Notes under the pieces: model-generated
Told to the model about the DNA's origin: nothing
The model's input: only the letters and a program-made list of their open reading frames with translations
Databases searched by the model: none
Made by a program: the position numbers and the translations under genes
Shown: piece after piece, positions 8,986-17,756 of the stretch
Numbering within the stretch: the stretch's first letter is position 1
How the letters are laid out: each line of letters begins with the position of its first letter
Source of the DNA: an uncultured Flavihumibacter sp.
GTDB lineage: Bacteria > Bacteroidota > Bacteroidia > Chitinophagales > Chitinophagaceae
Assembly (NCBI GenBank): GCA_964245425.1
Contig: CAXTMV010000001.1
Location: 13,979 to 77,978, forward strand
Length of the DNA stretch: 64,000 nt
Reading direction: 5' to 3'

Positions 8986-11568
8986 ATGGCTTGGTCAAGT
9001 CTATCCAACAGGCTGCAAAGTTTACCCGTACTTCTGGCAGGGCCCATCATCAGAAGAGCTGAAACAGCAGGTGTTTCCGTCTGGTTTATATTAAAGGAAA
9101 ACCGGCAACCTGTTTTATCTGTATACGACGGTAATACTGCTTCTTCGCCACTGATGACAGGTACGGCGGCCAACGGGATAAAGCTGGGCAATCTTGATCA
9201 TGTATATGCTTACTGCATTACTGCTGCCAGCAGCAGCAATGCAACTTTGGAAGCAGGCAAAAATTATTATTATGATATTGATTTCGGCAGCGAAAAATTG
9301 AGTGCCCTGAGTGCATCGTCAGAAAGCTTCGTTTCATTTTCTTATGATACGGCCGGTCGCCCCAGTTTTTCGCTTCCCCCCACAGACATGAATAGCGTGC
9401 GGCTGCTACACGGGTCATGCAGGAAAGCCCATGGCGAGGGGGAAGATGCACTGGAAGCGATTGATACCATACTCACCGGCGCTCTTTCCGGCAATACACT
9501 GGATCCTATAAAACGCCCCCATCAATTGTACTTTACGGGCGACCAGATTTATGCAGACGATGTAGCTGACCCGCTTTATTTTATGGTAGACGATGCGGCC
9601 AAGACATTGTTCGGACGGGAGGAGGCCATTTACACGACCGGAACAGATCCCAAACTTTTTTTTACCGCCGATGAACGAATGCCCGGCAAGCGAAATGAAA
9701 ATGATAAACTCTATACAGCTACCGGTTTTACATCAATGATAGAAGATACGCCAGAGTGCTCAAAAAGCCATCTGCTGACATTTCAGGAATATGCTGCCAT
9801 GTATCTGTTTGCCTGGTCGGATGTACTATGGCCGAAAACCATGAGCGACTGGCCAGATTTTGCAACTGTATTGCCGAAAGATAAAGACAAAAAAGTAGTA
9901 GAGTCGATGGATCCGTTTGATGGACCGCTGGAACTGACCGTGCCAACCGACAAAGGGCTGACTTTTGCGGACGAATGCATGCAACTGAAACGTTTTAAGA
10001 ACAGGCTGGCAAAAATAAGAAAGGCGCTGGCGAACATCCCTACCTATATGATTTTGGATGACCACGATATTACAGACGACTGGAACCTGAACTGGGCCTG
10101 GTGCCAGCAGGTATATTCAAAACCACTGGGGCGGCGCACCGTGCAAAATGGTTTACTGGCCTATACCATTTTCCAGGCATGGGGTAATACGCCTGATCGT
10201 TTTGCTACGGGCAAAGGCAGGGAACTATTGCAGCATATTAATGATTGGGATGGCAGTGATGGCGATCTGCCTGCACAAATGCAACAGCTGCTGAACATTC
10301 CTACCCTCAATAAAGACAGTCCGCCGGCTGATTTTGTACATCTTCCTGATACCATCGACTGGCATTTTTCTTATGAAGCATCCGGGTATACGATATTTTT
10401 TCTCGACTCCCGTACCTGGCGCCATTATCCGGCACCCGATGCCGTTGCTTTTGCCGGCCTGATCTGCGACGCCGGCTTCAATGCACAGCTGCCGGCAGTA
10501 TTGCCGGAAAAGCAGGTTGTACTGGTAGTGGCCCCTTGCCCCGTTATCGATGTTCCGTTTGTGGAAAGCCGGCAGAGAAAAGAAACCAGCCAGGATGATA
10601 TGCTGGACTCGGATTGTGAATCGTGGCCCCTGAACCGATACAGCTACGAAAAATTCTTTTCAACACTGGCTGCCCGTCTGCCCGTAAAAACAAATATGCG
10701 CCAGGGCGTTTTCGGCATCCTGTCGGGCGATGTTCATTTTGGTTTCTCAGCCCGTGCCCAGGTCTGGGGTAAAAAATTCCTGGCGGATAGCCACGATGGC
10801 ATTCAAACAAATGCGGTCTTTGCGCAACTGGTGTCCAGCGCATTTAAAAATTACCTGTCTAAGAAATGCTGCCATGGAAACACTTGCGGTCAGCGTATGA
10901 TCAGTGAATGGAAAAATACAGAAGAGATGCATATCAATGGCTATCCGCAGGGCTTGGCCGAGCCCTTAAATAATATCCCGGTCATAGGTCCACTGCTAAG
11001 CAATATGCTCCCGCCTTCTGAAAAGCGATTTGGTTTCAGGGTAACAACAGAAGGAGAAAGAGTGGTGGGCGACAGGATCGGATTTGTTATTGCCAACACC
11101 TACCCGTTTAAAGTAAACAACGAACCGGCAGTAGTGCTTACTTATGATGAGCTGAAACGCCAGCAGGTAACCAGCCTCAGCAGAACAGACTGGAAATACT
11201 ATTTGGACTGGCGGCTGGCGGAGAATACCGCCAGGTCTACGATTACCCCTACGGGTGTTCATACAGAACCACTTGACAGCATCTCGGGCCTCGCGGCTTA
11301 CCTGGCGCTGGCAAAAGACCATGGCTCAAACTATATTGATGTATGGGGCGATGGAAAAGAAATTGTTGGCCTTAACAACCTGGGTGAGATAGGGTTCCTG
11401 TTTGGAACGACCAAACAAATCAATCACAGTCTTTGGTGGCGGTTGAACCCTGCCAACAGCAATACCGTGCTTGACCCTTTTCCTCTATCGGTTTTTCATG
11501 TGCCTCTAAATTTTGATAACGATAAAGATTCGCTCGGAAATAACATTATAGAACCCGTCTTTCCATAA
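8986..11568 (+). CDS. PhoD-like metallophosphatase/phosphodiesterase-domain protein with a ~270-aa C-terminal extension (860 aa)
   Basis: PhoD-type motif series in the correct order:
- HGSC (nt 9409-9420)
- GDQIYADD (9538-9561)
- DDHDITDDW (10057-10083)
- FLDSRTWR
- SGDVH (10723-10737)
The start lies 7 nt after the previous stop. There is no Tat or Sec leader. Confidence 0.7.
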   Translation: MAWSSLSNRLQSLPVLLAGPIIRRAETAGVSVWFILKENRQPVLSVYDGNTASSPLMTGTAANGIKLGNLDHVYAYCITAASSSNATLEAGKNYYYDIDFGSEKLSALSASSESFVSFSYDTAGRPSFSLPPTDMNSVRLLHGSCRKAHGEGEDALEAIDTILTGALSGNTLDPIKRPHQLYFTGDQIYADDVADPLYFMVDDAAKTLFGREEAIYTTGTDPKLFFTADERMPGKRNENDKLYTATGFTSMIEDTPECSKSHLLTFQEYAAMYLFAWSDVLWPKTMSDWPDFATVLPKDKDKKVVESMDPFDGPLELTVPTDKGLTFADECMQLKRFKNRLAKIRKALANIPTYMILDDHDITDDWNLNWAWCQQVYSKPLGRRTVQNGLLAYTIFQAWGNTPDRFATGKGRELLQHINDWDGSDGDLPAQMQQLLNIPTLNKDSPPADFVHLPDTIDWHFSYEASGYTIFFLDSRTWRHYPAPDAVAFAGLICDAGFNAQLPAVLPEKQVVLVVAPCPVIDVPFVESRQRKETSQDDMLDSDCESWPLNRYSYEKFFSTLAARLPVKTNMRQGVFGILSGDVHFGFSARAQVWGKKFLADSHDGIQTNAVFAQLVSSAFKNYLSKKCCHGNTCGQRMISEWKNTEEMHINGYPQGLAEPLNNIPVIGPLLSNMLPPSEKRFGFRVTTEGERVVGDRIGFVIANTYPFKVNNEPAVVLTYDELKRQQVTSLSRTDWKYYLDWRLAENTARSTITPTGVHTEPLDSISGLAAYLALAKDHGSNYIDVWGDGKEIVGLNNLGEIGFLFGTTKQINHSLWWRLNPANSNTVLDPFPLSVFHVPLNFDNDKDSLGNNIIEPVFP

Positions 11569-11579
11569 TTTTTTTGCTT

Positions 11580-14500
11580 ATGGCAGAAACAATACAACAT
11601 ACCATTGTTAATGAGTTGCTGCAACTGACAAAACCATTGACAGGGGCATTGCACAGTGAGGAATCCATTGCGATTTTTTTCCTTCGCATGGGCTGGAATT
11701 TTGGTACCGATTCCGGAATGCCGATGGCCGTACTCGCTAATACCCTTGGCACACTGGCGCAATCAGCAGATTCAATCAAAGATCTGCTTGAACAGGAAGA
11801 TGCGGTGACCCTGGATAAGCTGGCAGCACTGTTGAGCCAGCTAAAATCCACTTTCGATTCCATCAGATCCTTACCCCAGGCATTTCAGGAGGCAAATCTT
11901 ACTGCAACGGAGGCAAAAGAAATTGCCGAAGACATTATTAGCCTGTTGATCGTCCAATACCTGAGCGACAATATACCCTCCCTGGCATCATTTTTCCGAT
12001 GGTTTGAAGTGATCGACCTTAAAAGCAGCGACCAGGTTCAGGCAACAGCTGCGGGAAAAATCATCCGCTTCCCTTATGCTTTTGAAATTATTAATACCAG
12101 CCGGCTGCAGAAATTGCTCAGCAATCCCTACACGGCATTCAGGGATATTTATATAATACCCTTCAACAGAACAACCATTGCCGGGGCAAAGCAATTCACT
12201 GACAAGCTATTTCCCAGGCTGGCCCAGCTGGCATCGGCTTTTGGCGCTGTTGCCGTATATGGCATCAAGCCTGCTTATGGAATTGACTTCGGAACCGTTG
12301 GCAATGACATGATAAGCGGCGCCCTCAGTCTCCGTTGGAAAATTGCACTTGGCCAGTTCTTTTTTGGTACTACTATTATGTACTCGCCCAGGGAACGGGC
12401 CAACCTGGGATGGGTGATCGTGCCTTATGGCGATTTAACCATGGATGCGAGCAACGGGAGCACCTACTTTTCACTGACATCGCATTTACAGGTTGGAGGC
12501 ATCGTCATCAGCGATGCAGGCGATGTTTCATTTGACGCAGGTGGGGACCTTACTAAAGTGGATGCCAGTTTCAATGCCGTCCGGCTACCCAAAGAGACAG
12601 CAGCACCCGTGCAAGTTTTTGGTGAGCAGGATGGAACGCATTTTGAAATCGGTTCGTTGGGTGTGGGAGCATCTTTTTCTATTGAAAGCGGCGGCCTGAA
12701 CTATGATGTTCATGTTGACATTAAAAAAGCAAAACTTGTCATAAGCGGTGCAGGGCAGGATGGCTTCCTGTCTGCCATACTACCTTCGAAACCGATTGAA
12801 ATACCTTTTGATTTCCTGTTGGGGTATTCTACAGAAAAATCATTATACCTTGGCGTTAGTGGCGGTCTTGAGCTGGCCTTGCCTGTGCATATAAGTATAT
12901 TGGATATACTGAATATTACGCAGGTAGTATTACAAGTGAAATTGCCGGGTAGTGGCCTGCAACTGGCCGCTGCCATTTCGGGCAATGTGAACCTTGGCCC
13001 TTTAACCATTTCATTTGAGCAAATAGGTCTGCAAAGCCAGCTGGATTGGATGTCTGAAGAGAAAAATATCGGGTTTGCGAATCTTTCTGTTGGATTTAAG
13101 CCCCCTAACGGGGTGGGCCTTGTAATAAATGCCGGCGGTGTAACGGGTGGCGGGTTTCTTAAATATGATGAAGATAAAGAGGAGTACTCAGGTGCCCTTG
13201 AACTTACGATCATCAATCTTATCAGTGCCAAAGCCATCGGTATCATAACCACTAAAATGCCCGATGGCAGCAAGGGTTTCTCTTTGCTCATCATCATCAC
13301 GGCTGAATTTTTGCCCCCTTACCAGCTCGGGTATGGATTTACACTCAATGCCGTTGGCGGACTGATCGGGCTGAACCGGACCGTTGTTCTCGACTCGCTG
13401 CGCGAAGGCGTACGCACCGGCGCAGTTAACCATATTATGTTTCCGCAGAATGTGGTAGCCAATGCGCCGGCTATTATCAACGATTTGAAAACCATTTTCC
13501 CGCCCCAGCAGGGGCATTTTCTCATCGGACCCATGGCCAAACTCGGATGGGGCACCCCTACCCTTATCACCCTGTCTTTCGGCCTCATCATCGAGATACC
13601 CGGCAATATTGCCATACTCGGTGTACTAAAGGTGGTGCTCCCCGATGACCAGGATCCGCTGGTCAACATTACGGTTAATTTTGCCGGTGTTCTCGACTTC
13701 GGCAAAAAAATGCTGCTCTTTGATTCTTCTCTCTATCAGTCGCGCATCCTTCAGATGACACTTGAAGGCGATATGTCGGTTCGTTTAAAATGGGGTAATG
13801 ATCCTGATTTTATTTTAACGGTTGGCGGGTTCCATCCGCAGTATACGCCACCACCACTTTCCCTGCCCACTCTTAAGCGTATAGCCATTACGGTATTAAA
13901 TAACAGTTACGGAAAAATAAGGCTGGAAGCTTACCAGGCGGTTACTTCCAATACAGTTCAGTTTGGTGCAAAGGCAGACCTGTTCTTTGGCCTGAGCTCT
14001 TTCTCGGTGGAAGGACATATGAGTTTTGATGCACTTTTCCAGTTTTCTCCTTTTGTATTCATTATCCAGGTAAGCGGGCATGTAAGCCTCAAAGCTTTTG
14101 GCGTAGGTGTCTTCAGCATCAGCCTGGATTTTTCTTTGCAGGGACCCACGCCCTGGAGAGCCAAGGGCTCCGGCAGCATCTCCTTTTTCTTCTTCAGCAT
14201 TTCTGCCGATTTTGATAAAACCTGGGGAGAAACAGATGATACCACTTTACCGCAGATCAATGTGTTGCCACAATTACTGGAAGAAATGGCAAAACCAGAA
14301 CAATGGATCGGTTTGGTGACAGCCGCCAATGGCCTGCTGGTGTCTTTGAGAAAACTGGATGAGGCCGACAGCAGCCTGTTGGTACATCCCGCAGGCGCAC
14401 TGATAGTACAGCAAAAATTAATGCCTCTTTTGCTCGATATCAATAAACTGGGCAATCAAAAAATAGCTGATATTAAAAGCGCCAGCCTGAGTGCCGCCCG

Positions 14501-15020
14501 CAGCGGCACAATTGACTTAGACCTTGCCCCAGTAAACGCAGCTTTTGCGCTGGCACAGTTCAAAGACATGACTGACGCCGACAAACTCTCCAGTCCGTCT
14601 TTTGAACAATTAATCGCCGGCGTCCGCATCAGCCTAGGCAACGGCACAATCGGCATGGGCAAAATGGTGCGGCGCGTGGTGGAATACGAGGAGATCATCA
14701 TCGATACAAAAAGAAAAAGACCTTTGAAAAAAGGACAGTCCGCCGGTTTGTTCAATCATTACCTGGTGGGCAATGCAGCTTCTAAATCCGTTTTATCTAA
14801 AAACTACCAAAACAGTCTGCAGCCATTTGCAGACAGGATAAACCTGCAGGAAGAAAGTTTTGCCGTGGCTTTCACAGACAACAACATCCTTTACCATGTC
14901 AATGCAAGTTTTAGCAGCAAGGCCATGGCCGATGATTACCTGAAAAAAGCAATCGCTGCCAACAGGAACCTGCAAGACAGTATTCATGTTATTGCCGTAA
15001 ACGAATTAAATAGTAATTAG
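11580..15020 (+). CDS. uncharacterised beta-rich giant protein (~1146 aa)
   Basis: 3.4-kb ORF. The ORF track starts at a TTG at 11574, but the ATG at 11580 is more plausible. The first ~200 aa are helical, followed by Gly-rich and hydrophobic strand-like sequence. Motifs: GGFLKYD..YSGALEL, GYGFTLNAVGGLIGLNR, VGGFHPQYTPPP. No family assigned with confidence. Confidence 0.85.
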   Translation: MAETIQHTIVNELLQLTKPLTGALHSEESIAIFFLRMGWNFGTDSGMPMAVLANTLGTLAQSADSIKDLLEQEDAVTLDKLAALLSQLKSTFDSIRSLPQAFQEANLTATEAKEIAEDIISLLIVQYLSDNIPSLASFFRWFEVIDLKSSDQVQATAAGKIIRFPYAFEIINTSRLQKLLSNPYTAFRDIYIIPFNRTTIAGAKQFTDKLFPRLAQLASAFGAVAVYGIKPAYGIDFGTVGNDMISGALSLRWKIALGQFFFGTTIMYSPRERANLGWVIVPYGDLTMDASNGSTYFSLTSHLQVGGIVISDAGDVSFDAGGDLTKVDASFNAVRLPKETAAPVQVFGEQDGTHFEIGSLGVGASFSIESGGLNYDVHVDIKKAKLVISGAGQDGFLSAILPSKPIEIPFDFLLGYSTEKSLYLGVSGGLELALPVHISILDILNITQVVLQVKLPGSGLQLAAAISGNVNLGPLTISFEQIGLQSQLDWMSEEKNIGFANLSVGFKPPNGVGLVINAGGVTGGGFLKYDEDKEEYSGALELTIINLISAKAIGIITTKMPDGSKGFSLLIIITAEFLPPYQLGYGFTLNAVGGLIGLNRTVVLDSLREGVRTGAVNHIMFPQNVVANAPAIINDLKTIFPPQQGHFLIGPMAKLGWGTPTLITLSFGLIIEIPGNIAILGVLKVVLPDDQDPLVNITVNFAGVLDFGKKMLLFDSSLYQSRILQMTLEGDMSVRLKWGNDPDFILTVGGFHPQYTPPPLSLPTLKRIAITVLNNSYGKIRLEAYQAVTSNTVQFGAKADLFFGLSSFSVEGHMSFDALFQFSPFVFIIQVSGHVSLKAFGVGVFSISLDFSLQGPTPWRAKGSGSISFFFFSISADFDKTWGETDDTTLPQINVLPQLLEEMAKPEQWIGLVTAANGLLVSLRKLDEADSSLLVHPAGALIVQQKLMPLLLDINKLGNQKIADIKSASLSAARSGTIDLDLAPVNAAFALAQFKDMTDADKLSSPSFEQLIAGVRISLGNGTIGMGKMVRRVVEYEEIIIDTKRKRPLKKGQSAGLFNHYLVGNAASKSVLSKNYQNSLQPFADRINLQEESFAVAFTDNNILYHVNASFSSKAMADDYLKKAIAANRNLQDSIHVIAVNELNSN

Positions 15021-15117
15021 ACCGCGCGGGAATGGAACGCTGATTTTTATGATGTAGCTGCAATAAAAGGTTGATGATATACTGTTCACAGCTGCACACG
15101 CCTTTGCAAAGCCCTGC

Positions 15118-16650
15118 CTACCCTGGCTTCATTATCTCCGCCACCGTTTTTTCCAGGTATTGTCTTGCTTCCAGCCGCGTGCGCAGCGTGCTGCCCGATA
15201 CCCGGTCCATTAAAAAACTTTTTGCCGCATCCTGCGGCGCTTTATTGATCTGACTTTTCATTACCACCTGCAGAAAACCCGGCAGGTTACCGCCATCAAT
15301 CGGGTCATTGTCCTGTTTGGCCGATACCTGGTTACTGCGCATGGCCGCCACCCGTTCCGGCGCTACCACAGCCGGTTCGGGCAAGTGTTGTGGTGTATTG
15401 GTTCTGGCCGTCGGCAAAGATGCCAGCGAGGTTACATTATTGGCGGCCGCATCTCGGTTAGTCAATGCCGGTAGTCCGAACACCGATTCCAGGGTGGCGG
15501 GTACAGACGCATGATCATACAAAAGGTGACTGATGCTGTTTTCCGTTGTATAGGCAGAAACTACAATGGCGGGCACCCTTACCCCGTAGCGCTTGAAATC
15601 AAAACCATACTGGTTGTATTTGCTTTGTGGCACGGTATCGCCGGGTGCAATGGCCGCCGGTGGTGCTGCATGATCATAGAATCCGCCATGCTCATCATAG
15701 GTAATGATCAGCAGGCTGTTCTCCCAAAGCGGCGAATTGCGAATGGCTTCATAGGTAGATTTGATCAGCGCTTCGCCATTCCTGATATCGTCCATGGGGT
15801 GTTGCGACTGACCGCCGGCGTAGGAATTATTAACGATATCGCCGTAATTGGGTTCAATAAACGTATACGAATAAGGATAGTTGCCATTGATATCGGACTG
15901 AAAACTTTCATAGGGATGTGTATCCCATATTTCGATGCCTTTCAGCGCTGCTACAATAGGAATAGAACCAATCAGCGGTTTTTTTTCTCCGCGGTAAAGC
16001 CGGTATCCCTTGTTGCCGCCAGGGTGCTGGCGGAACTGGTCGAAAATAGTACCATTGGGAAAGCGGAACCCGCGGATGGTTTCCCATTCTGTTGATTCTA
16101 TCAGCCTCGGACTGTGATCGAGCCCTCCCGAAGAAGCCGCGTGCACAAAGAACCGGTTGGGCCAGGTAGGCCCTGGCATGGATGCGTGCCAGTTATCACA
16201 AACAGCAAAGGCTTTCACCAGCGCATACAATACCGGCAGCTGCGCCGGCGCATTGTAGCATTTCATCACTTCTCCGAAATTAGGATTAGGCCCGCCCACT
16301 TTTGCGGATTTGGAAGTGGCGTAATTACTTACAAAACCGCTGTTGTTAATGGGCGGATAAGTTACGCCATCATATCGGGTACCCGCGCCACAGAGTTGTT
16401 CCAGCACGTCGGTGAACTCGTGGCCGGGATCGAATGGCATGATGTCATCGGCCGGGGTGCCGGCAGGATAGACCGTATCGTTAAAGCTATTTGAATTGTC
16501 TGCGCTGGCACCGTTGATGCTGGTAGCCTGCCCGGTACTGGCATCCACGCCGGTTAGACCGGAAAAACCGAGCATATGATCAAAAGACCTGTTTTCCAGC
16601 ATCAGTACAAAAACATGGGTAATCTTCGGGTTTGCCAGGTTTTGCGCCAT
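15118..16650 (-). CDS. phosphoesterase-family protein (phospholipase C / AcpA acid-phosphatase type), no signal peptide
   Basis: The N-terminus THVFVLMLENRSFDHMLGF is the hallmark of the PlcN/AcpA phosphoesterase family. The protein is 510 aa with an ATG start. It converges on the giant operon with a 97-nt gap. Confidence 0.8.
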   Translation of the reverse strand: MAQNLANPKITHVFVLMLENRSFDHMLGFSGLTGVDASTGQATSINGASADNSNSFNDTVYPAGTPADDIMPFDPGHEFTDVLEQLCGAGTRYDGVTYPPINNSGFVSNYATSKSAKVGGPNPNFGEVMKCYNAPAQLPVLYALVKAFAVCDNWHASMPGPTWPNRFFVHAASSGGLDHSPRLIESTEWETIRGFRFPNGTIFDQFRQHPGGNKGYRLYRGEKKPLIGSIPIVAALKGIEIWDTHPYESFQSDINGNYPYSYTFIEPNYGDIVNNSYAGGQSQHPMDDIRNGEALIKSTYEAIRNSPLWENSLLIITYDEHGGFYDHAAPPAAIAPGDTVPQSKYNQYGFDFKRYGVRVPAIVVSAYTTENSISHLLYDHASVPATLESVFGLPALTNRDAAANNVTSLASLPTARTNTPQHLPEPAVVAPERVAAMRSNQVSAKQDNDPIDGGNLPGFLQVVMKSQINKAPQDAAKSFLMDRVSGSTLRTRLEARQYLEKTVAEIMKPG

Positions 16651-16771
16651 CGATTCTTTTTTATGGTAAAATGATACCCGTAAATCTACAGCAGTATTGC
16701 CAGACCGGGACCTTATGTTTAATTAACAGGGGCCATCGCGGCCGGCAGTTGCCGGCCATTATTAAACGGCG

Positions 16772-16795
16772 AATCCCCACCGGTAGATGGGGATT
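16772..16795 (-). terminator. candidate intrinsic terminator downstream of the lipoprotein gene
   Basis: 8-bp stem aatcccca/tggggatt with an 8-nt loop, flanked by T-rich sequence. A second GC hairpin (ggccggc agtt gccggcc) lies at 16740-16757. Confidence 0.4.
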
Positions 16796-16866
16796 TGCTG
16801 TTTTCATAAAATGTTTAACAGGTTAATGGTCTTAATAATGGAGGGTGCATCCTGAACATCGATACT

Positions 16867-17655
16867 TTAGAGAAAACTGTGGCCTACTACTTTTATCGGC
16901 TCATTGTAGTTTTTCTGGAAGAAAATGATCTTTTCCATCAGGTCGGTAGTACCTCTTTTTGATTTGAGTACAATATCATAATAATTGCCTACACCGGTAG
17001 AACCAGTGGATCCGATATGGTAAACCGAGCTGTCTTTGATAACGCTGTAGTCTGATAAAGGTCCGAGGTCGGAGGCTTTTTCCAGGGCAGATTTCCATTG
17101 GTCGCGGGGCGTTATTTTGAAAGCATCATCAGAACACATATTCAGGGCCTGGTCGTAGTTATTGCTTTTCAGTGCGTCCATGTATTCTGTAGACTCTTTC
17201 TGGCTGGCGCCGATTTCTTTTATATAATTGGCATCAGAATGATCCCAGCGATAATTGTATATTTTCATGCTGCCGTCTTTTTCTTCGATCAGCGTAACAG
17301 AATCCCTTGATTTTCCGTATTGCCATTGTACATCAAAAGCAACGGTTACCATGGTGCCGGTGGTGGTAGAAGTGGAGATATTGAAACCGCTTGTTTTGGT
17401 AAAAGACTTCAGATCACCCAGTAAAATAGCATTCTTTTCCAGGTCTTTTGTCCAGTCTAATTTTGAATCGGTGGCAAAAGCTTTGTTGCTGCAGAATTCA
17501 ATGGCAGCAGGATAATCTTTTTTCTGCAGGTCGGTATAAAAGGTATTGGCTGTTATTTCTGCTTTTTTATTGAGTGCGCCTGCTCCGCAAGAGCTCAATG
17601 TTACAGCAAATAAAGATAATACGAGCAGTAAGTGAGTGGTGGATGTTGTTTTCAT
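16867..17655 (-). CDS. lipoprotein with two tandem copies of a ~105-aa domain
   Basis: Signal peptide with a lipobox-like LSSC. The two halves align: FYTDLQKKDYPAAIEFCSNKAF...WTKDLEK...LGDLKSF versus YMDALKSNNYDQALNMCSDDAF...WKSALEK...LGPLSDY. Confidence 0.8.
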   Translation of the reverse strand: MKTTSTTHLLLVLSLFAVTLSSCGAGALNKKAEITANTFYTDLQKKDYPAAIEFCSNKAFATDSKLDWTKDLEKNAILLGDLKSFTKTSGFNISTSTTTGTMVTVAFDVQWQYGKSRDSVTLIEEKDGSMKIYNYRWDHSDANYIKEIGASQKESTEYMDALKSNNYDQALNMCSDDAFKITPRDQWKSALEKASDLGPLSDYSVIKDSSVYHIGSTGSTGVGNYYDIVLKSKRGTTDLMEKIIFFQKNYNEPIKVVGHSFL

Positions 17656-17756
17656 GTTGTTTTATTTTAAATCAAAATTACGGTCCGCACCAAAGACCCG
17701 GAAGCAAAAATCATTGGCGGTGGCATTGTCTCCATATCCGGCGGCCTCCATGCTAC

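Noticed and set aside
12710-13300. 196-aa minus-strand ORF inside the ~1146-aa gene. Similar antisense ORFs lie at 1137-1685, 1725-2156, 13319-13705 and 13958-14455 within the giant operon.
   Set aside because: All are nested antisense in much longer uninterrupted + strand ORFs that form a tightly packed operon. They have no start context or motifs. They are rejected as shadows.
15511-16095. 194-aa + strand ORF opposite the PLC-type phosphoesterase gene. The same situation occurs at 19383-19979 (opposite the kinase) and 30026-30550 (opposite the Met-rich OM protein).
   Set aside because: The opposite-strand genes carry clear family motifs, and these ORFs do not.
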